Shown here piece by piece: positions 56,037-64,000 of a stretch of 64,000 bases of DNA (positions are counted from its first letter, which is position 1; every line of letters starts with the position of its first letter). The stretch is from Chrysomallon squamiferum. Taxonomy: Eukaryota; Animalia; Mollusca. A program made the position numbers and the translations under genes. Under the pieces are notes generated by a model. That model did no database searches. It was not told the DNA's origin and saw only the letters and a list, made by a program, of their open reading frames with translations. Where the stretch lies: positions 14,880,001-14,944,000 of the forward strand of contig CM022675.1 of assembly GCA_012295275.1 (NCBI GenBank), in the 5' to 3' direction.

Positions 56037-57579
56037 TTAAGTTGTGCAATGAAGGCTGTGTAATGAAGCAATGCTCACAGAACTTGTTCCAATTTGATTG
56101 CCAAAATGATCAATACAGTAACAGAAAGATGCAATACACCGGTACTGTTGATAATTTCCATTTGGTGCACAGTTGAATGTCCAACTACTAAGACCAGTCT
56201 TTTTGTATGCATCAAAGTCACGTGCACATTCTACAAGTAAATACGTATTAAAATTAGACAATAAAGAAATGATCATCTGACTTGTTTATTTTAGATAACT
56301 TTTCAATAGTCATAGATCTAATAATATTTTAACTGATGTATTTATGTTAAAGGTGAATCATATATGTAGTATATTTAAACCAACTACACTTATTTTTGAT
56401 TGTATTCCCATATAAGTATAATTAATATAAGTCGATGTTAAATACGGTAAAATGTCATACCAAAATAATGTATTGTTTCAGATATTCTGTTTTTTTAATA
56501 CTTACAGATATATATTCTCTTTTGTCTACTTTATTTTAAAAAATAAAACATTCTATTATGAAGACCAAAATATAAATAAACTGTGTTTACATTTTTGAGT
56601 TGTTTTTTTTTTCAACAGCTTGGTTGCTGCCTAAAGTGGAGATTTCCATACACACACGTTGAAGTTATTTATCATACTAAAATAAGAACTAGAATTCGAC
56701 TACAAATACACTTCTCTATTTTCTGTCACAGTTCTCATTTTTATAATGTAAATGAAACTGTCTGTACTTACAACTGCTCAAAATTTGGATTCACCAATGT
56801 TGGCTTTAGAATTTATATAGTAACACACACAACAGAACCACACTAAAAATAGATGAGTACTAACCAAGATTCAATGTTTAGTGAAAGTAAATTAAAAAGA
56901 TAAACAGGGTTTGGACAATGGAACTTCCTAGGAAATTGGAGCAACAAACGTTTCGGTGTCTGTTTTGATGTAATGATTGTTGTTGATATATTAGATTAGT
57001 TACTTAATAAACTGGTTTATGCCACTTACTGTGATCCTTTGCACTGTTTAGGTTTGTAGGTTCCATCAGGATTACAGTCGAGTTTACCAAATAGAGAATT
57101 TCCCTTCATCTGAGCTTTTTTTTCAGCACCTGTCCATGTAGTGTAAATGAAAATACTTATTAATAACCCAGGACTTAATAGCAAATCATTTTATCTGTCA
57201 TCTGTTGGGAAGGGACCCCCAAAATCCAGTAATGGTTATTTGTAAATTTTCTCCATTCTGCAAGTTCTATGAAAAGTGATATATATTTTACTGATTATGA
57301 AATAGATCAGCTTTACCAGGTTGTGTTTAAGGGGACACTTGGCAAAAGATAAAAATATTGTAAAAACTTGAAAATGATCAAAAGTTACTACAATAAAAAG
57401 AAAATAATTGTTCTTTTTTTCAGTAAAATAGTCTATGTGTTGTCTGATTCTAAATGAAAATTCACCTCGCTGTGTTCTCTGACAGGTGAGAGTATTCACG
57501 TCACAGGTCAAATGAGGCTCACAAACACTGTGGGCTGGTGCACCAAGCAGATGATTGGAGACACATCTCTCACCCACAC
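56037..57579 (-). pseudogene. Two-domain thyroglobulin type-1 (thyropin-like) gene with Cys-rich N-terminal module, apparently decayed; 5' exons not found
   Basis: Exons 57579-57466 (GVGERCVSNHLLGAPAHSVCEPHLTCDVNTLTC), 57129-57030 (LDCNPDGTYKPKQCKGS), 56842-56772 (degenerate, in-frame TAA at 56808-56806), 56230-56037 (CAR...NCAPNGNYQQYRCIASFCYCIDHFGNQI...LHC). The C..DG.Y...QC....C.CV/ID motif is thyroglobulin type 1. Confidence 0.65.
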
Positions 57580-57989
57580 CTGTAAGTGTCACAGTAAACT
57601 GACGTTTAAACCTAACAACTAACACAACTTACAGTTTTCTGTGGAGATATAAAAATAATATGTTAAATATGTATGAGTAAGGTACAAAAACAAAACGGAA
57701 ACCTTTTGAATGATTCCATATTTTGAATACTTTATTTAAAACAGTAAAATAACAAGCTAATAAAAATGTCTCAGATCTCTCCATATATTACGTATATCGT
57801 TTTGTAAAAAAAAAAAAAAAAAAAAAATGTTATATTTCAAATTTCAAGAATAGGAATTTTGTACATTTCTGTAGATGAAATAAAAAATGGTTTATTGTCT
57901 GTAAGAACACCTGTCACTGAAACAGAATAATGAATAATTGTCAGGTTGTCTATGTATTAGTTGTTCAGAGAAATATACTGAAACACAGA

Positions 57990-58568
57990 AACATCCTCCC
58001 AGCATGCCGTGTCTCACTCGTTTACGTCATATGGTACCTCGCCGCGTAAGCATCTCTGTTACGTTGTGCTCGTATTTTGTGAGGAATTTTGCCAATTTTC
58101 CATTGATCCTAAGAAAGTGATTGCAAAGGACAGTGCTGAGAAGAAGAAGTAGATGATGTCCATTGAATTAAAGCATGAAATCATGGAAAAACATGAGCGG
58201 GGTATGGATGTAGTTGGCTAGGCAGTACCAGCATAGTGTTTCTACGATATGTACCATACTGAAGCAGAAGGAGACAACAAAGACTGTAACTCCAGCCAAA
58301 GGCGTTAAAATAATTTGTCTGATCTCCAAGATAAATAAACTTTACAAAACCTATTTATTTCTTTACATTATCTTTTATTATTATTATTTTTTTTTACAAT
58401 ATTTGTCATTTATAAATACATTTTTCTTATTCAAAAATTGGGGTGGCTTTGGGGCATTAATCGTATTTTAGTTCATTTCATTTGGGGAAAACTGATTTGT
58501 TATACGAGCAAATTGAGTTACGAGCTCGGCCACGGAACGAATTAAACTCGTAAGTCAAGGTACCACTG
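57990..58568 (+). mobile_element. Second, 5'-truncated copy of the Tigger/pogo element seen at 24727
   Basis: Right TIR CTCGTAAGTCAAGGTACCACTG ending at 58568; gatcctaagaaa...gcaaaggacagtg...cattgaattaaagcatgaaatcat shared with the first copy. Confidence 0.85.
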
Positions 58569-59254
58569 CATATATTAAAATAGAAAAATACATTAAAATA
58601 CAAGGATGTACAAGAAAATGAAAAACCATTTCTTTTGTGCTCCTGTACGTAACTCTTAGTATTATAATCAATTTTTGACTCAAATGTTTATTAATGATTA
58701 GTAAAAACAAAAAATAAATTAAATAGCGAAGGAAACAAAATGAAGGAAAGAAAAAAAAACAATACAACTATGGTATATTTTGCATGTATGTATATAAAAA
58801 TAATAAACTAAATAACAACAACAACAACAACAATAATAATAATTGTAATAATAATAATAATAAAATTATATAAAATTATAAAATAAAATTTAATTAATGC
58901 AGCTTATATATTTAGAGCAAATTTGTTTCGAACAGATACACATTTAAATCTAAACACAGCAGTTTTTCACCTACAGCTATCCTATTTTTTCAAGTCACAT
59001 TCTAAAAGAAACTGTCAGACAAGAAAGTATGTTGGAATGTCTCAAAACGTATCAAGTATTATCTTTGTGTGTACTGTGAATTAACAAGGCTCGTCCGACC
59101 CAAATAGTTCAGTTTCCGCCTATCAATATTTTAATTATTACACCAACTAAGAAAGGCAAAATCGATGTAGTGCACATAATTTGAGTTATCTCCCTTAGTA
59201 GTATTTCTACACATTTATTTAGAAATATTGCAATACTATAATTGTTTAATGTAT

Positions 59255-59618
59255 GAGTAACGAATAGCTCACCAAAAACCAAGCAAGCACGCACACACAC
59301 ACACACACACGGATTCGAAATTAAAAATATGACAACAATTGCTACTGTTTGAGGGCCGTAGAGAAAGCAACCGATATCTAATAATGTATGCAAAATTTCA
59401 CATTTTGACAGACGTTAAGAGGAATTTACTCACTTGATCTAAATTATTTCATGAAAAATTAAAATATCATTAGATCAAATAGAATATGTGTTTTAGGTTC
59501 ATTAGACTATCTAGGGTAAGTTCACAGGGATTATAGGACAAGACAAGAAGTTTATTTCTCTAAAGAAATAAAAACGATACATCTGTGGTATGTTTTGCAT
59601 GTATGTATATGTGTATGT

Positions 59619-59677
<59 letters not shown>

Positions 59678-59755
59678 TGTGTGTGTGTGGGGTGTGTGTG
59701 TGTGTGTGTGTGTGTTTGTGTGCGTGCTTGCTGTTTGGTGAGCTATTCGTTACTC
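59255..59755. mobile_element. ~500-bp MITE/foldback element
   Basis: Inverted termini GAGTAACGAATAGCTCACCAAA...GCAAGCACGCACACA and TGTGCGTGCTTGC...TTTGGTGAGCTATTCGTTACTC; no clear TSD. Confidence 0.75.
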
Positions 59756-59799
59756 TAGTTGTTTTTTATTGTTATAGAAAATAACTTTTGAAATATTAT

Positions 59800-61555
59800 T
59801 TAAATGTATAATAATATTTTATATACTTATTTCTTTCATAAGATAAAAATGTATATTTAAAAATATAGTGGATCTCGTCAACAATATCAGAATTACAATA
59901 CTGAACCATCTACCAGTTTCTGTTGGAAGCTTGACATTACTGGTTCTAAATTTACATAATTTTCTAGCATTTTTTGTTGGCAGCTTGAACAGATAATGTT
60001 CTAATTTAAATTCATCTTTAAACATTCTATAGTTAATGCCTTTAGATAATTCAAATTTATCTCTATTCAGTTTTTGTAAGAACTGATCACATAAATTTCT
60101 TTTAACAACATGTTTCAACCACAAATCATTCACTTTGACACATGAACAAATGTTACATAAATCTCATTCATTTAGTATAGAAGATAACCAAGGATCTGAT
60201 ATAGTGTTTATACTATGGTTATAGTTAACAAAAAGTATAATACACCAGACAGTTTATACTCTTTACAGTTAACAACCGTTGACCAAAATGTAATTATTCT
60301 TACTTTATTACTTACAGACAATGGATATCTCCCTAATTCACCATAAACCATAAAGCTTGGTGTTGACTTATTAATACGTAATATATATTTGCAAAGCTTC
60401 AGATAAAGTCTTTCATAATATCTAAATGTCTAAAATCCCAGATTTCACATCCGTATAATAATATCAGTTTTACAATTTTTTAAACAAATATGACAGTTGA
60501 TTAATATATTAAATTCTCTGCAGTTTTTAATTAAGCAAACACTGATTTGAAAAACAACTAAATGAAGAAGAATTCCATGGAGAGAAGAGAAGATCATTCT
60601 AATGGAGGATGGAAATATACTCACAGGTAAGAAATTGGCTGATCTTTCAGCAAAGGCCTATGCCAACCAAGGTGACATATTCATCATAACAACTCAGATG
60701 AAAGAAACATGAAGGGAACAGAAAGAAGCGGTAAGTAAAGATTCCATGATAAATACTATAACTCTATCAGAGCTTGAAACGGCTCTCAAACATCTAAAAA
60801 AAAATAAGGCCCGGACAGTATTATTAATAAAATGCTGAAACAGCTAGCTGGTATTGTACCACTCAACACACGCCGGGAATCCAAGATCATGATATAAGCC
60901 ACTAAATTCAAGTCTTTGTCTCAACATCCATCCAATAACATAATTAATGACTATTCCTGCAACTGACTCAAAACTGTATATTTCATAAACTGAGCAAATG
61001 ACTCCTGAGGCATCATAAGGCAAAATTGGCAGAAAAAATCCATCAAGTTAGCACTGCCGGCTGCATTGTGGAAAATGTTAAGGTCTGTACAATTGTCCAA
61101 CACCCCACCTAGAGAAGAACAGAATAAAACAACAAATGCAGTGGAAATTGGAAGAGTTGGAATATAGATCACTGACCTTACCGAGAGCAGGAACATTTTC
61201 TTACAGGGAAACTATGCTGCAGAGATCGAGGCTCTCATTCATACTGCCAACATCATCAGCACCAAAGAGAACTGCTGACATGTCGTCTTTCTCACAGATG
61301 GTCTCTCTGCCCTCCAGGTTTTTGAAGACAACAAGCTAGGCAGACTTTCAGAAGCATATATCCTTTCAGTAGTGTCAACCAAGACGTGTTCCACTGCATC
61401 TCAGCTCACTGTGGCATACCCAGAAATAATAAGGCAGACTGTCTGGACAACTACAACAACCCTCCAGAAAAAGTTGATGGCACAATTAGTGATCAGCAGA
61501 GGACAGTATCATTCATAGTCACTGCTGGCCTTGGCGTGTGGTCAAAAAGCGAATG

Positions 61556-61597
<42 letters not shown>

Positions 61598-62620
61598 AAT
61601 CAGTTGATCGGTTGATTAAATCTTTCTTAGTATTTATGAACGATCCAAATTTAAAACAAGTTCGCGTTATTTAGACTCAGTAACAATTTCTGTTTCCATA
61701 TTATTACAAATAAATCTTAAAGTATTTGTTTTTGAATTGCCTCTGAAAAAAATCATAATTTTTGACTTGGCAGACTAACTCTTAAATTCCATGTGTTACA
61801 ATACATTTCAAAACAACTGATGTTGAAAATCATCTGCTGTTTCTGCTAGTAGTACAGTATCATCAGATTTAACAATACAAATAAGATATACAATTAATAT
61901 TTTCCGCATTAATTCTGTTACTGTTTGAATTCCTTTACAGTTTTCTGTAGTTAAACAATTTGCTAAATCATTTAAGTGTAATGAAAATAAAAAAGGTGAG
62001 CAATTTTCCGCTTCCCTTACTTCATTACTGCAAGGAAAATGTTCTGATTTACAACCATTATGTACAATTCTTTTTTTATGCCGTCGTACAATTTAAATAT
62101 TATTCTGAAACATTTTCCATTAATATCAATTCGATAAAAGCACTGTACATATTTTTCCTCTTTCTTTTTAGTAATCCAAACAAAAATTAGTATACAAAAT
62201 GTTACTGCTGCAGAGTAACGTTGTCGAAATCAAGACTGATTTTATCCCCATTAATTCAACTTGATCAGTCTATTATTAATTATAGATGTAAATAATTTCC
62301 CTAAACAACTTTATAATAGATCGGTAATTTCTCGGATCGAGTTGGTTACCTTTCTTCTTATATATAGGTACTATATTTCCTTCCTCCGAACCTGTAGGAA
62401 TTATTCCTGTATGAAATATAATGCAAAATTAAATAATTTAACATAAATAGGTAAGAAAATATCACATGTAGAAATAATATATTCATTAATAATCTTTTCA
62501 TTCCCAGGCGCTTTGTTATTCTTCGTATTTAATATACATCATTTTATTGCGTCACCTGTAGCTCGACTATTAAGTGGATTATTTGTACAGTCCATGTTAG
62601 ATATAATTTTTAAATATATT
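59800..62620 (-). mobile_element. Decayed non-LTR retrotransposon ORF2 (RT plus C-terminal domain), interrupted by a second LINE
   Basis: Minus strand, with stops and frameshifts, in canonical order: KNNKAPG..IINEY, IVPIYKKKG, ENCSPFLFSLHLNDL, DDTVLLAE (YADD box), LLYGCEIW, MVYGELGRYPL, KFRTSNVKLPTETGRW. Confidence 0.85.
60545..61595 (+). mobile_element. Decayed, internally deleted RNase-H-containing (I-group-like) LINE with poly(A) tail
   Basis: KNKA..IINKMLKQL pre-RT motif near 60800, RNase H-like AHCGIPRNNKADCL near 61405, ~40-nt poly(A) at 61556-61595. Confidence 0.7.
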
Positions 62621-63469
62621 TTATAATTATTATTACAAGATCCGAACTGCAAAATTTAATATCAAACAATATTAATTTATTGTTTTAAACTGATGATAAC
62701 GATAAAGATGATGACGATAATAACAACAGTAGCAGCAGTATAGTAGTAGTAATAGTAGTAATAGAAGTAGTAGTAGTAGTAGTAGTAGTAATAGTTGTAG
62801 TACTTGTAATAGTAGTAGCAGCGGTAGCAACAGTAGCTATATTTCGGTATTTAAAGTTGCTTACTTTTTAAGGGTTTTTGAACGTAGCAGGCACGATACT
62901 CATATTATAATTTTGTTTTATCTCGTATGTATGCGATTTAGTAAATAATATTGAGTCGCTAAATTAAACAGATGAAAATTGCTGTACCGTCTCACATTAA
63001 GAATTGTTTATGAGCTGGCGTCACGTTTAAGATGTGAAACACTCTGTTATCTGTAATATAGTGACACTGAGAAATAACAACTTAGCTAAATTAGGACAGA
63101 TATTCTGCAATCTGCGAGTCAATGTGGCGATCACAGCTCGTCACTCATGCACTGAGCACAGGCGTCGTGTCAGCTGTAGCCATTTTATAAAATTTACACC
63201 AGAGAATGGAGGAAAATTAATCAAGAAAATGTACACGATGGCACGGTCTGTGTAAAATCCCTTCGCAGTAGAGCTCGCGTTAACATGAGAAAATCAAGAA
63301 ATCGCGATCTGACAAGAACTAAATAAGCTAACGCTGTATTATAAAGCATTAAAATTAAAATTATTATTATTAATATTATTATTATTACTGCTAATGTTGT
63401 TGCTGTTACTACTAGTACAAAAAACTATTAGTATTAATACTACAGCTACAACTACTACTACTACTGCTA

Positions 63470-63612
63470 CCAATAATATAACAAGAAATTCAATTCTGAA
63501 GTTTTAAAAATATGTTTTCGTTAAAACATTGTATTACATTAGTTTATTTAGTTTTCATGGTCTAAAGACTAATCACATTTTTGTTAAATTAACAATAGCC
63601 TTAACATGTTTT
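63470..63612. repeat. Interspersed repeat also present at ~42820-42972 in a copy 4 intron
   Basis: Shared gaaattc.attctg.agt...ttacattagtttatttagttttcatg.tctaaaga...agccttaacatgttt. Confidence 0.6.
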
Positions 63613-64000
63613 AATACTATTATTTCTTTACTACTCCAACTTTTAATACTGATACCACTTCTACTACAACTAGTTCTGCTATCAGTCAAACCGTTAGTGT
63701 TATCACTGTTATAAATATTGTATTTTTATTATTTTAAGTGTTATTGCATTTAATGTAACTATGTTACTACTAACTCTCCTACTACTATTACTGCTACTAA
63801 TTTTTTATCGTTATTACTGTTATTATTATTATTATCAGTACAATTTACTATTTTAAATTAACTTCTTATTAATTATATTACAAAAAAAATTCTTCTTCAT
63901 TGCAGAATTGAATGGTTAAATGTAGTAGAATATCAGTAATGTGCGCCTAAAAAAAAAAGAAAAAAAAAAGAACACATTGATATCTAAATCGGTAGCTGTC

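Noticed and set aside
63034-63310. GC-richer patch with a 73-aa ORF, as a possible fifth family fragment or the 5' exon of the thyroglobulin gene
   Set aside because: No EGF/CAP Cys pattern, signal peptide or usable splice-site pair found.

Overview
AT-rich, microsatellite-dense animal genomic DNA, probably molluscan (inferred from the CAP/EGF protein style and repeat types). The ORF track is mostly noise; the genes had to be rebuilt by hand from GT-AG exons. The first 46 kb is a head-to-tail array of four + strand paralogues encoding secreted cysteine-rich proteins: signal peptide, dibasic/furin propeptide microexon, divergent CAP (SCP/CRISP) domain, hinge, EGF, ShKT, EGF, 5-aa microexon linker, (EGF)n, ShKT-like, ShKT-like. 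Copy 1 is cut by the window edge, copy 2 is a pseudogene with all lesions in its 5' half, copy 3 is intact (~524 aa, 5 EGF) and copy 4 is intact and more diverged (~740 aa, 12 EGF). The array shows exon-level stalk expansion, gene-conversion-like mosaicism, loss of the CAP His/Glu tetrad, conserved unpaired cysteines at both ends, and a last Cys codon that overlaps a splice donor. Downstream are a candidate orphan promoter, a candidate spliced transcript divergent from CCDC12, CCDC12 itself, a decayed thyroglobulin-type-1 gene on the - strand, and nested transposon remains. No database searches were run.
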